From Escherichia phage Ec1-ASingh: a stretch of DNA of 42,423 nucleotides. Position numbers and translations under genes: made by a program. The notes under the pieces are model-generated. The model had not been told where the DNA came from, ran no database searches, and saw nothing but the letters and a program-made list of their open reading frames with translations. Position 1 is the stretch's first letter. Each line of letters begins with the position of its first letter. This document shows, in pieces, positions 29,041 to 36,651 of this stretch. The stretch lies in sequence record PQ561394; one strand, written 5' to 3'.

Positions 29041-29400
29041 CTCGTGCGTGTCGCGTTCCATCGTCTGCCGTGTGGCGTGCTGTGCGCTGTCCTGCTGGCT
29101 GTGCTGTGCGGTGCTGTCCTATGGGGACGCTCTGCGCTGGCTGTGCTGTGCTGTGTGGTGCGCGTGGTCGTGCGGGTATCTGTCTCTTTTCGTCGTGCGG
29201 CGTGGTGCTGTGTGGTGGTGTGGTGGCGGTGGTGCTGCCGTGGTGCTGTCCTGTCTGCTGGTCTACTCTCTGCGCCGCCAGCTCTGCGCGTCGTGCTCTG
29301 CTACCTGCTGTTACTGTCCTACTGCGTTCACTGTCTGCCGCCTGTCATCCTGTCGGATTCCATCCGTTGACGTTCCGCGCTCGCTTGTTTCGGCTGCGCC
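29041..29400. other. adenine-depleted low-complexity tract (putative terminal-repeat / genome-end region)
   Basis: About 14 A in 360 nt on + strand (~4%), G/T/C-rich with CTG/GTG/GCG iterations; ORFs called here are composition artefacts. Confidence 0.6.
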
Positions 29401-29570
29401 GCGCTCGCTCTGCGTATCTAGCGATACTATATCACTATAGACACTTTCATAATTATCTATTGATATCAGTAACTTATGACCTATCTGATAACGGTATTCT
29501 ATCCAGTGTTGTGATTATCTAATCAAACTTTAATCCTAATGATTACAGTAACTTATCACTTTTCTTGAAA
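29401..29570. other. AT-rich block with GATA-type palindromes and T7-like CACTATAG core
   Basis: TATCACTATAGACACTTTCAT at 29428-29449; TGATATCA and related palindromes at 29454-29500. Confidence 0.5.
29438..29450 (-). promoter_or_regulatory. inverted copy of conserved ATGAAAGTGTCTA motif (candidate phage-RNAP promoter element)
   Basis: Reverse complement of 29428-29448 is identical to 7740-7760 (21/21). Confidence 0.4.
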
Positions 29571-29577
29571 ATAATAC

Positions 29578-29608
29578 TTGCAAACTGTTTTGGTTATGTG
29601 CTGTAATT
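29578..29608 (+). promoter_or_regulatory. sigma70-like early promoter P1 (weaker)
   Basis: TTGCAA ... TGcTGTAAT with 19-bp spacer; extended -10 TG present. Confidence 0.35.
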
Positions 29609-29767
29609 CATCACGTCGAAAGGCACTAGCCAAGTAGACAGTTTAACGCGGTTGTGTCGCAACATGGGCATGACGGGGCATAAGTCCGATATACTGTGCA
29701 GCCAAACAGACGGCATGAGTGACAAGCCAACCGCATTAAACATTGCTCTTTAACAATCTGGAGTGTA

Positions 29768-29796
29768 TTGACAAGGCAAGCTCACTATGCTGTAAT
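29768..29796 (+). promoter_or_regulatory. sigma70-like early promoter P2
   Basis: TTGACA - 17 bp - TGTAAT with extended TG (TGcTGTAAT). Confidence 0.55.
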
Positions 29797-29905
29797 GCTT
29801 CCACGTCAGCCAGACAAGCCGAATAGTGATGGATAAACACGTTAACACCCGCGCAGGCTAACTGGTACGGTTTAATTAACTCTGAATGGGCGCTGATTAA
29901 ATCGG

Positions 29906-29934
29906 TTGACAGGATGAAACGAGTATGCTGTAAT
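29906..29934 (+). promoter_or_regulatory. sigma70-like early promoter P3
   Basis: TTGACA - 17 bp - TGTAAT with extended TG (TGcTGTAAT). Confidence 0.55.
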
Positions 29935-29985
29935 ACGCTCCAGATTGACAGGGCAGCAAGCCAGTCAGTCAGAAGTAAAAAGTAG

Positions 29986-30014
29986 TTGACAAGCTGAATA
30001 CACTGTGTTGTAAT
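29986..30014 (+). promoter_or_regulatory. sigma70-like early promoter P4
   Basis: TTGACA - 17 bp - TGTAAT with upstream TG (TGtTGTAAT). Confidence 0.55.
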
Positions 30015-30487
30015 CAGCACCGAGTTGAAAGGTTGCAAAACAACCTGCTCTGAGTGAACGTAAACAGGCCACGTAGTGTCTCGGCCTCATGGGTATCCGG
30101 CGCAGCTAGGAACTGGTGAGGGCACCGCCGAAAGGCAATAGGGGTAGCGCCCGGTGCAAGGTAACAGAGAAGCGCGATAGACGCAGCGCAGTATCAGCAC
30201 AATACCGAACGTCTTATAAGCATTGTAGACAGTAGGGGACGTAGCAAAACACACTCGACTTTGAGCTGGCGCGTAGCAGGTTGCGCAGGGTATGACTGAG
30301 TGTTGAGCGGAGTCGCTGAAAGATACTTAAACCCGATGATATATGCCGGGTCATGCGAAATGGGCGGGGCGATTTTTCAGGGTAGTGAATCCGACAAGCC
30401 AATCAATGCCACTGAGTGCAGACTGTACGGCGCGTCACAATGGGTTCACTATCCACCTGAAAATAGCCAACAACTGGAGAAATAACT

Positions 30488-30877
30488 ATGTACCGTATCT
30501 ATGCAAGCGCATACCGCCAGAACAATGCTGAGTGTGTTAATCTGGCGCTTCATTGCAAGGCACTGCGAACGGTGCAGGATATGTTCGGAGTGATTCCGGT
30601 CACACTGACAGGCAAGTTCGACAATGCGTATGAGTTAAGCATGGTCTTTCCTGTCGATGGAATCTACGAAATCAGACAGGCTGTTAAGCTGTTCTGTAAA
30701 GCCTTTGAACAGGACTGCATCATGGTAGTGACCGATGACAATGATGCAATCTTCATGGATTCACCGTATCCGGGCAAGCCTGCTGGCAAGCTGGTCAGCA
30801 AAACAGGCGAGCAGATGGAAGCCGGGCAGCATACCGCTTGGACTTATGACGGTGAACTGTTTTGGGTAGTGGAGTAA
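30488..30877 (+). CDS. early hypothetical protein (first early gene)
   Basis: 129 aa; GGAGAAA RBS; first ORF downstream of the promoter cluster. Confidence 0.6.
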   Translation: MYRIYASAYRQNNAECVNLALHCKALRTVQDMFGVIPVTLTGKFDNAYELSMVFPVDGIYEIRQAVKLFCKAFEQDCIMVVTDDNDAIFMDSPYPGKPAGKLVSKTGEQMEAGQHTAWTYDGELFWVVE

Positions 30878-30883
30878 GGGGGC

Positions 30884-30964
30884 ATGACTATGTTCACTGC
30901 ACTGTGTGTTATAGCAGCGGCCTGCTGGGTCATTGACCAGCGCCTGAGCCGTCGCCGTGGCTGA
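30884..30964 (+). CDS. possible 26-aa hydrophobic peptide
   Basis: MTMFTALCVIAAACWVIDQRLSRRRG; GGAG/GGGGG upstream; below the ORF-track length cutoff; low confidence. Confidence 0.25.
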   Translation: MTMFTALCVIAAACWVIDQRLSRRRG

Positions 30965-30970
30965 TAGCCT

Positions 30971-30992
30971 ATAGCGTCTTGCGAGGCGCTAT
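30971..30992 (+). promoter_or_regulatory. intergenic stem-loop
   Basis: ATAGCG-tcttgcgagg-CGCTAT. Confidence 0.35.
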
Positions 30993-31025
30993 GTGAAATC
31001 AACCAACCTGACAAGGGGTACTACC

Positions 31026-31553
31026 ATGCAATTCAAATACACTAGCTTCAAAAACGTTGTCCAGCTCGACAAGGCTATCGCTGAGTCAATCAGCAGCGCT
31101 AAAACACTGCGTGAAGGTATTCAGGACGTGGCTGTAGGCATTCTGATGCACGCTTACAAACACGGTGACTACACTCGTGCTGAGCATTACGTTAATGGAC
31201 TGGGAACAGGCGTTCGCCAGAAAGCTCTGGTTGACTGGTTCGTCCAGTTCGGCGGCCTGACCATCGGTACTCGCAGCAACGGCAACGTTGGCTTCGTGGG
31301 CTGGAAAGGCGCTGAGCACATCAAAGCTAACTTTGACAAGGCCAAAGAGACTGGCTGGTGGACTTGCAAGCCTGAATCTGCGTTTGAAGGATTCGACCTG
31401 CAAGCTGCGCTCGAAAAGCTGATTGTCAAAGCTGAGAAGGCGCTGAACAAGGCGAACGAACTGCGTCACGAAGGCAAGGACGAAGACGCGAACAAGGTCG
31501 TAGTGCCTCAGAACGTGCTCGACCTGCTGCGCAAGGCTAAACAAGCTGCGTGA
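31026..31553 (+). CDS. early hypothetical protein
   Basis: 175 aa from ATG 31026 (AAGGGG RBS); ORF-track N-terminal extension probably not translated. Confidence 0.6.
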   Translation: MQFKYTSFKNVVQLDKAIAESISSAKTLREGIQDVAVGILMHAYKHGDYTRAEHYVNGLGTGVRQKALVDWFVQFGGLTIGTRSNGNVGFVGWKGAEHIKANFDKAKETGWWTCKPESAFEGFDLQAALEKLIVKAEKALNKANELRHEGKDEDANKVVVPQNVLDLLRKAKQAA

Positions 31554-31560
31554 TTACTGA

Positions 31561-31583
31561 CAGGCCATTCACTGAGTGGCCTG
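31561..31583 (+). promoter_or_regulatory. intergenic stem-loop (UUC-nnn-GAG triloop family)
   Basis: CAGGCCA-TTC-act-GAG-TGGCCTG. Confidence 0.5.
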
Positions 31584-31618
31584 AATTGTAACCACACATC
31601 AACCTCAAGGGGTATAGC

Positions 31619-31897
31619 ATGACTTTTAAAGCTGTTGACACTCGCATCAAACCGAAAGCTGGTTCCGTTCCTGCCATTATCATGGAAGCCCAGCCTACTG
31701 GCCGCATCGTCGCCACGATTGACGACACTGGCCGCCTGAATATTCAGGAAGGCGCGGAGCAACTGCCGCACTTCAAGCAAAGCCGTGAACTGCTGGAAGA
31801 ATCCGGCGACTTCCTCTGGCTGCTGGATGATGACAACGACACGCCGTACGATGGCACGGTGCGCTGGGGTCGTCAGGAAGATTTCGAAGTGGCGTAA
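31619..31897 (+). CDS. small acidic early protein
   Basis: 92 aa; AAGGGG RBS; acidic C-terminus. Confidence 0.6.
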   Translation: MTFKAVDTRIKPKAGSVPAIIMEAQPTGRIVATIDDTGRLNIQEGAEQLPHFKQSRELLEESGDFLWLLDDDNDTPYDGTVRWGRQEDFEVA

Positions 31898-31911
31898 GCC
31901 GGGATTGACTC

Positions 31912-31950
31912 AAGCCAGTGTCAAGGCGCTGGCTTTATGGCAATTCTGCC
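31912..31950 (+). promoter_or_regulatory. cassette leader 1: hairpin plus GGCAATTCTGCC box
   Basis: AAGCCAG-tgtcaaggcg-CTGGCTT followed by tatGGCAATTCTGCC, then AGGAG and ATG 31973. Confidence 0.5.
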
Positions 31951-31972
31951 CCAACCATTTAGGAGCTTCACC

Positions 31973-32254
31973 ATGTCTATCAAAACTGTAACTGCTTTCA
32001 TCACCAAACGTGACGGCGAACTGTATGGCTTCGCTGTATCTCTGAACGAAGGCCAGTACCTGCACCACGTCCGTGAAGACGGCGAACCGACTGACAACGC
32101 TGGCATTCTGGAAACGCTGGCTGGTATCCCGCTGCCGCATGAGTTCATCATCATGCTCGCTGAGCAGGACGAAGACGAGCTGAAAGCGCGTCACGGTAGC
32201 GGCCTGACGCTGGAAGAAATCGGCACCTTCGAAGCCGAGGTTGACGACGAGTAA
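31973..32254 (+). CDS. small acidic early protein (cassette 1)
   Basis: 93 aa, strongly acidic (about 21 D/E versus 6 K/R); AGGAG RBS. Confidence 0.6.
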   Translation: MSIKTVTAFITKRDGELYGFAVSLNEGQYLHHVREDGEPTDNAGILETLAGIPLPHEFIIMLAEQDEDELKARHGSGLTLEEIGTFEAEVDDE

Positions 32255-32265
32255 GCGTTGTCCTG

Positions 32266-32303
32266 CTGCGCCTTCAACGAGGGCGCAGCGTGGCAATAAT
32301 GCC
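32266..32303 (+). promoter_or_regulatory. cassette leader 2: hairpin plus GGCAATAATGCC box
   Basis: CTGCGCC-TTC-aac-GAG-GGCGCAG followed by cgtGGCAATAATGCC, then GAGGG and ATG 32326. Confidence 0.5.
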
Positions 32304-32325
32304 TTACTCAATCGAGGGTTTTACT

Positions 32326-32667
32326 ATGACTATCAAACTGGTTCTGCTGTCCAACATCGCTGCCTCTGCTTTCGGCGCAGGCGTTCCGGCTGACGCTATC
32401 ACCAGCGAGTGGGTTGGCTTCACTCAGGACGACGAGCGTTACCTGATTGCAGGCCGCAACCGCGACGGCGATTCGCCTGACGAAATCGTGGCGCACTTCG
32501 ATAACGACACCAGCTTCGCAGAGTTCCGCGAGTCTGGCTTCCCGCTGGAACTGTTCGCTCTCATGGGCGGCCACTCCTACATCGACACCGAAACACTGGG
32601 TGAAGGTGTGGTTATCAACGTGCTCAAAGAGTACGACGCGGAAGACGATATCGACTTCGACGCGTGA
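32326..32667 (+). CDS. small acidic early protein (cassette 2)
   Basis: 113 aa; acidic C-terminus ...EYDAEDDIDFDA. Confidence 0.6.
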   Translation: MTIKLVLLSNIAASAFGAGVPADAITSEWVGFTQDDERYLIAGRNRDGDSPDEIVAHFDNDTSFAEFRESGFPLELFALMGGHSYIDTETLGEGVVINVLKEYDAEDDIDFDA

Positions 32668-32673
32668 TGCCTT

Positions 32674-32711
32674 GTTGCCTCCTTGCGAGGGGGCAATGCG
32701 GCAATCATGCC
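32674..32711 (+). promoter_or_regulatory. cassette leader 3: hairpin plus GGCAATCATGCC box
   Basis: TTGCCTCC-ttgcga-GGGGGCAA followed by tgcGGCAATCATGCC, then GAGGA and ATG 32733. Confidence 0.5.
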
Positions 32712-32732
32712 TTAACCTATCGAGGATTTATT

Positions 32733-33008
32733 ATGTCCACTATCAATGTGTTTGCACTGAACAACGGCGGTCTGGCTTTCATCGTAGGCGAGACCAAAGA
32801 TAACGCACCGTCGCTGGGCGTGCAGCCGAAGCCGGACGCAAGCCACGATGAAGTAATCGGTGAAGTGCGCGAGGCGCTGGAAGACCTCGGCGGTATGCTG
32901 ATTGCCATTCAGGGTGGCAAGCTCTCCGTCGAGAAGCTGAACGAACTGGAGCCGCGCTTCATCACCAGCTTCGAAGCCGACAACGTAGACGCGGCTGACT
33001 TCGAGTAA
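32733..33008 (+). CDS. small acidic early protein (cassette 3)
   Basis: 91 aa; acidic C-terminus ...EADNVDAADFE. Confidence 0.6.
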   Translation: MSTINVFALNNGGLAFIVGETKDNAPSLGVQPKPDASHDEVIGEVREALEDLGGMLIAIQGGKLSVEKLNELEPRFITSFEADNVDAADFE

Positions 33009-33036
33009 CCCACAACCAACAACAGGAGTACAAAGC

Positions 33037-33267
33037 ATGGCTAAGTTTGAACTGGTACGCTTCATCGACCCGAACGATGGCGAAGTAACCTTCGCACAGT
33101 TTGCCAATGACCGCGAGCTGGTCGCCATCTACAACACTGAGCGCACGGCGCGGCGCTGGTTCAAGGAAGACGAGGACATGGACAGCATTGAAGATGCGCT
33201 GGCTATGCCGGGCTACGCTGAGGCTGTCGAGGCAGCACTGAAAGGCGAAGTCGTAGCGACTGCGTGA
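33037..33267 (+). CDS. small acidic early protein
   Basis: 76 aa; AGGAG RBS; lacks the hairpin/box leader. Confidence 0.55.
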   Translation: MAKFELVRFIDPNDGEVTFAQFANDRELVAIYNTERTARRWFKEDEDMDSIEDALAMPGYAEAVEAALKGEVVATA

Positions 33268-33274
33268 TTTCTGT

Positions 33275-33313
33275 CAGCCCATCCATAGCGGTGGGCTGTA
33301 GGGCAATCATGCC
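33275..33313 (+). promoter_or_regulatory. cassette leader 4: hairpin plus GGCAATCATGCC box
   Basis: CAGCCCA-tccatagcgg-TGGGCTG followed by tagGGCAATCATGCC, then GAGGG and ATG 33336. Confidence 0.5.
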
Positions 33314-33335
33314 ACAACTAACTGAGGGTTTTACC

Positions 33336-33620
33336 ATGGCTAAAGTAACTGCATACTACTCCGCTTCTGAAAAAGATATCGTTGCAATCGTGGGCGATGG
33401 CTTCGAAGAAGGCAACATGGCGCTGTGTATCTCCGGCTGCAAAGACGTACCGGAACTGAACACGGTTGAAGATGCGAAGGCTGCGCTGCCGTCGCTGGAA
33501 TCTGACATCAGCCGCATGGGTGAGCTGGCGTTCCTGCTGAACGGCGGCACCTTGAATGAGGGCGCGGCTGTGAACATGCCTGCCAAGGGCTACGAAGCGA
33601 TTGGTAGCTTCGAGGTCTAA
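33336..33620 (+). CDS. small acidic early protein (cassette 4)
   Basis: 94 aa; GAGGG RBS. Confidence 0.6.
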   Translation: MAKVTAYYSASEKDIVAIVGDGFEEGNMALCISGCKDVPELNTVEDAKAALPSLESDISRMGELAFLLNGGTLNEGAAVNMPAKGYEAIGSFEV

Positions 33621-33622
33621 GC

Positions 33623-33958
33623 ATGGCGCTGCATCCGGTCAAGGTATTCCGTGGGCCTGACATTACGGATGGGCAAGACGTGGCGGTACTGCTGTACCGC
33701 CTGCCCGATGGTCAGGAAGGGCTGGTCGTTATCGACCAGATTGAAATCTTAGGTCAGCAGATGCTGACGAGCGAGGCGACCGACGAGCAAATCATCGACC
33801 GCTTCAAAGCGTACGCCGGACGCAGGCCATTCATCATTGACCTGCTGAACGAGCAACATCATAGCGCCGCGCCGCTGGCTGTCCAGACGTGGCTCAAGAT
33901 ACTGACTCCCATCTACGAAGGGCAGATGTATCTCTTTGGTATCGACAACGAGGTGTAA
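33623..33958 (+). CDS. early hypothetical protein
   Basis: 111 aa; GAGGT RBS. Confidence 0.55.
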   Translation: MALHPVKVFRGPDITDGQDVAVLLYRLPDGQEGLVVIDQIEILGQQMLTSEATDEQIIDRFKAYAGRRPFIIDLLNEQHHSAAPLAVQTWLKILTPIYEGQMYLFGIDNEV

Positions 33959-33960
33959 TC

Positions 33961-34227
33961 ATGGCGCACTATCTTGCGAGAGTTCGTGTAATGGTCAATG
34001 GTCTGGAGCACATCGAGCGCGAGGTGGTGCAGGCTATCGACTACGAGGCAGCAGAGCAAAAGGTTGACGCACTGCTGCGGGGTGGCTGGTTCACTCACGA
34101 CACATTCAGTTGGTTCGACAGTGACACCAACTGGTACAACTTCCAAGGCGAGAACGAAGCAGCTCGCATTGAAAGTATCGACGGCATCCCAACTGAGGAT
34201 GCTCTTGTTCTCCAAAAATATATCTGA
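33961..34227 (+). CDS. early hypothetical protein
   Basis: 88 aa from ATG 33961 (GAGGTG RBS). Confidence 0.55.
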   Translation: MAHYLARVRVMVNGLEHIEREVVQAIDYEAAEQKVDALLRGGWFTHDTFSWFDSDTNWYNFQGENEAARIESIDGIPTEDALVLQKYI

Positions 34228-34237
34228 GGTACACAAC

Positions 34238-34480
34238 ATGGCACGTTCAATTCTGATTCGCATCATCGGTCACACTTCCCAGCCTGCACATTTATCTGGT
34301 GCAGTACGTGACACCACCATCGGCAAAGAGTATGACGCACTGCTGGTTGAGGCTGGCGAAGAAACGCCGGACGGTTACGAGACTGACGAGCAGGGTGTAT
34401 TCTTCGTTGACGATGTGGGTGACGAGTGCTTCGCATTCACTGCCGCACACGTTGGTCACACCATCGAAATCGTCGAGTGA
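34238..34480 (+). CDS. small acidic early protein
   Basis: 80 aa from ATG 34238 (GAGGT RBS); ORF-track extension upstream unlikely. Confidence 0.55.
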   Translation: MARSILIRIIGHTSQPAHLSGAVRDTTIGKEYDALLVEAGEETPDGYETDEQGVFFVDDVGDECFAFTAAHVGHTIEIVE

Positions 34481-34487
34481 TAAGCTA

Positions 34488-34509
34488 CAGCCTCTGCTTG
34501 CGGGGGCTG
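34488..34509 (+). promoter_or_regulatory. intergenic stem-loop
   Basis: CAGCCTC-tgcttgc-GGGGGCTG (one G-U wobble); stem and loop similar to the 32674 hairpin. Confidence 0.4.
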
Positions 34510-34536
34510 TGTCATTATCAAACGAGCGAGGTCACT

Positions 34537-34689
34537 ATGAGTGGGAGCACATACAATGCCCACGCCAACCAGATATCATACGCTGGTTACTGTGCGCTGG
34601 GCGGGGCGAGCAACCCTAACCTAATGAGCCGGGCGGTATACCTCGGCGGTCACTACATGCACCATGAATATTATTTAATCCGGGGGTAG
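34537..34689 (+). CDS. hypothetical small protein
   Basis: 50 aa; GAGG RBS 9 nt upstream. Confidence 0.35.
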   Translation: MSGSTYNAHANQISYAGYCALGGASNPNLMSRAVYLGGHYMHHEYYLIRG

Positions 34690-34691
34690 TT

Positions 34692-34976
34692 ATGGTACTG
34701 GCATCTGAATCACTTATCGAACAAGCTGGCGCAATTCGTGAGGCTGAGCATCTGCGTGGGGTAGCCGCAACGCTCGGTCATTGTGCTGGTAACGGCGGCC
34801 TGCGTGGGCACTCGGTCGGCGGCGTATTCCCCTGCGTAATTTTCTCGCGGGGCAACCCACATGAACACCTCGACTGGTGCTTCCTCGCACCGAACGGCGA
34901 CGAGTTCGACGGCTTCATCAGTTATGAAGATGCGTATGCAGCCGCGCAACAATGGCTGGAAGAAAGAGAGGTGTGA
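34692..34976 (+). CDS. early hypothetical protein
   Basis: 94 aa; GGGGGT RBS. Confidence 0.55.
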   Translation: MVLASESLIEQAGAIREAEHLRGVAATLGHCAGNGGLRGHSVGGVFPCVIFSRGNPHEHLDWCFLAPNGDEFDGFISYEDAYAAAQQWLEEREV

Positions 34977-34978
34977 CT

Positions 34979-35278
34979 ATGAGTAAGTGGAGTGAGAACG
35001 TAGCCAAGCTACAGCGTTGGTTGGTGGATGCCTTTGGCGCACCGCCAGCACCTGTGCATGACGACTCGCCGTTCCAGTACGTCGAGAAGAAAACGCAGGA
35101 GCTTAAGCTGGGCGACTACGTGGTAGCATACGGCGGGTACATCCAGCGCATCGGTGCCGTGGAATATGACGGCAGCCGACTGGTCGTTACCAAACTGGGG
35201 CATGGCCCTGAGCGTGAGTGGCAAGCGTACGAGGACGACGAGTTCACCGTGCGCGTTCTGAAAGAGGATAGCAAATGA
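34979..35278 (+). CDS. early hypothetical protein
   Basis: 99 aa from ATG 34979 (AGAGAGGTG RBS). Confidence 0.55.
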   Translation: MSKWSENVAKLQRWLVDAFGAPPAPVHDDSPFQYVEKKTQELKLGDYVVAYGGYIQRIGAVEYDGSRLVVTKLGHGPEREWQAYEDDEFTVRVLKEDSK

Positions 35279-35787
35279 TTGACTTCAAAACATTTAACCC
35301 TAAGCAGTTGGAAGTAATCAAGCTGCTGGCTGAGCACATCGACAGCGAGCCGATGCTCAGTGAAATCATTGAGTACAAGGGCGGGTACATGCCGAAGCAA
35401 AGTTACATCGGCGCGGTGCGTGCTGGTAAAGAGGCGGCGCTGGATATTATTCCGGCCACTCGTACTGGTGCGCTGCTGGCTCGCAACGTCAGCGTCATCA
35501 TCGGCATGAACATGCGGGTGGCGCAGGCTGCTGGCGACGAGGAAGCACAGGTCGAGCTGCGTCTGGCTGGCAAGCTGGCGGCGCAAGCCATGTCGAGCAA
35601 GGATATTGCTGAGCAGTATCACGACTGGTACATGGCGTGCGCCAACGTGCCGAAGGATATCAGCGAGACTGCGCTGGGTCTGCTGTTCGTGGGTGAGTTC
35701 ATTGACGCAACGATTCGTACCCTCAAGGGTAACGTTGAAGAAATGATTCGTGCAATGCTGGAGTCGAAGAATGCAACGCGACACTAA
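35275..35787 (+). CDS. hypothetical protein
   Basis: 170 aa; ATGA overlap with upstream gene. Confidence 0.6.
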   Translation: MIDFKTFNPKQLEVIKLLAEHIDSEPMLSEIIEYKGGYMPKQSYIGAVRAGKEAALDIIPATRTGALLARNVSVIIGMNMRVAQAAGDEEAQVELRLAGKLAAQAMSSKDIAEQYHDWYMACANVPKDISETALGLLFVGEFIDATIRTLKGNVEEMIRAMLESKNATRH

Positions 35788-35941
35788 GCTGGCCGTAATC
35801 AAATCACCCACCGGATTATTCTGGTGGGTTGTTAATAAACTCCAGCCGAATAAACCTTTGGCTGTACGTGATACAAAGTGGGAGGCCGAGAGTAAACTCG
35901 AAGACCTGCAACGTATAGTGCGTAATGTTATTCCGGCGTAG
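35771..35941 (+). CDS. hypothetical small basic protein
   Basis: 56 aa; GGAG RBS 8 nt upstream; overlaps 3' end of previous gene. Confidence 0.35.
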   Translation: MQRDTKLAVIKSPTGLFWWVVNKLQPNKPLAVRDTKWEAESKLEDLQRIVRNVIPA

Positions 35942-35977
35942 TCATCTACTCATGCCTGTTATTATTTAGCAGGCATT

Positions 35978-35990
35978 ATGAAGGTGTCTA
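35978..35990 (+). promoter_or_regulatory. conserved motif ATGAAGGTGTCTA (third + strand copy), preceded by hairpin
   Basis: Follows hairpin ATGCCTG-ttattatttag-CAGGCAT (35952-35976); 23 nt upstream of the 36014 start codon. Confidence 0.35.
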
Positions 35991-36013
35991 TATTGGCCAA
36001 CGTGAGGTGAACT

Positions 36014-36217
36014 ATGTTCAAAGTAATATTGTTGTTCCTGCTTCTGGTAATTATTTGGGGAGCATTATGGGTGGGTCTTGCATCATTGGTGCTTATCCCT
36101 GCTGTCGGTGAGTCAGCCACTTCAACACTGGGCACGCTGCTCGGTATGCTGGTGGGCTGGGGTCTGATGCAGTTGAGCCTGAGTGTAGGCCAGAGCCGGA
36201 GGTGGATTAAATGGTGA
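36014..36217 (+). CDS. small two-TM membrane protein
   Basis: 67 aa; GAGGTG RBS; two hydrophobic helices. Confidence 0.5.
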   Translation: MFKVILLFLLLVIIWGALWVGLASLVLIPAVGESATSTLGTLLGMLVGWGLMQLSLSVGQSRRWIKW

Positions 36218-36651
36218 AGCCAAAGTATAAAGTAGGGGATGAAATCGTAGGCGACGATGGTACTGGCACCCGGTCGGGTAAGCTGGGTATCATCGCGTGG
36301 GTTAACCCTGACCGCCGAGCGTGGGAACGTAGCGGGGAGACTCGTTACATCGTGAGCTGGATTGGTGAGCGCCTCAATGCGCAGCCGGATATCAGCCACT
36401 ACAAATCTGATTGGCTGGAGGACAACACCAGTCTGGTCAGCACGCCAGCAGAGAAGCGTGGTCGGTTCATGTGTCTACTTGAAGGTGGCAGCACGCCGCC
36501 GAAGATTGAACACATCACCGAGCGTGAAGCGCGTGATGAAGCTGAACGTTTGGCCGAGCGCCACGGTGGTACTGTCCGTGTGCTGCAAGTTGTGGCCAGC
36601 GTGAAGATGAAGAAGAAGATTCAGTACATACCGGACTGGGATAACGAATGA
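36211..36651 (+). CDS. hypothetical protein
   Basis: 146 aa; overlapping start/stop with neighbours. Confidence 0.55.
   Translation: MVKPKYKVGDEIVGDDGTGTRSGKLGIIAWVNPDRRAWERSGETRYIVSWIGERLNAQPDISHYKSDWLEDNTSLVSTPAEKRGRFMCLLEGGSTPPKIEHITEREARDEAERLAERHGGTVRVLQVVASVKMKKKIQYIPDWDNE

Noticed and set aside
28955-29522. Overlapping + strand ORFs of 108-181 aa rich in Cys/Arg/Ala/Val
   Set aside because: They fall in the adenine-depleted low-complexity tract; absence of A suppresses stop codons (TAA, TAG, TGA all contain A), so open frames arise by composition alone. No RBS and no coding-like periodicity.
29945-29973. Additional TTGACA hexamer at 29945-29950
   Set aside because: No acceptable -10 element at 16-19 bp spacing; probably part of the upstream region of P4 rather than a separate promoter.
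30430-30460. GGTTCACTATCC resembling a tRNA T-loop in the early leader
   Set aside because: Could not build acceptor, D and anticodon arms around it, and no 3' CCA context; judged not a tRNA.
31937-33335. Longer N-terminally extended versions of the cassette ORFs given in the ORF track (starts 31937, 32290, 32664, 33264)
   Set aside because: These starts lie inside the conserved GGCAAT box or the hairpin and lack an RBS, whereas in-frame ATGs 36-72 nt downstream have good Shine-Dalgarno sequences.
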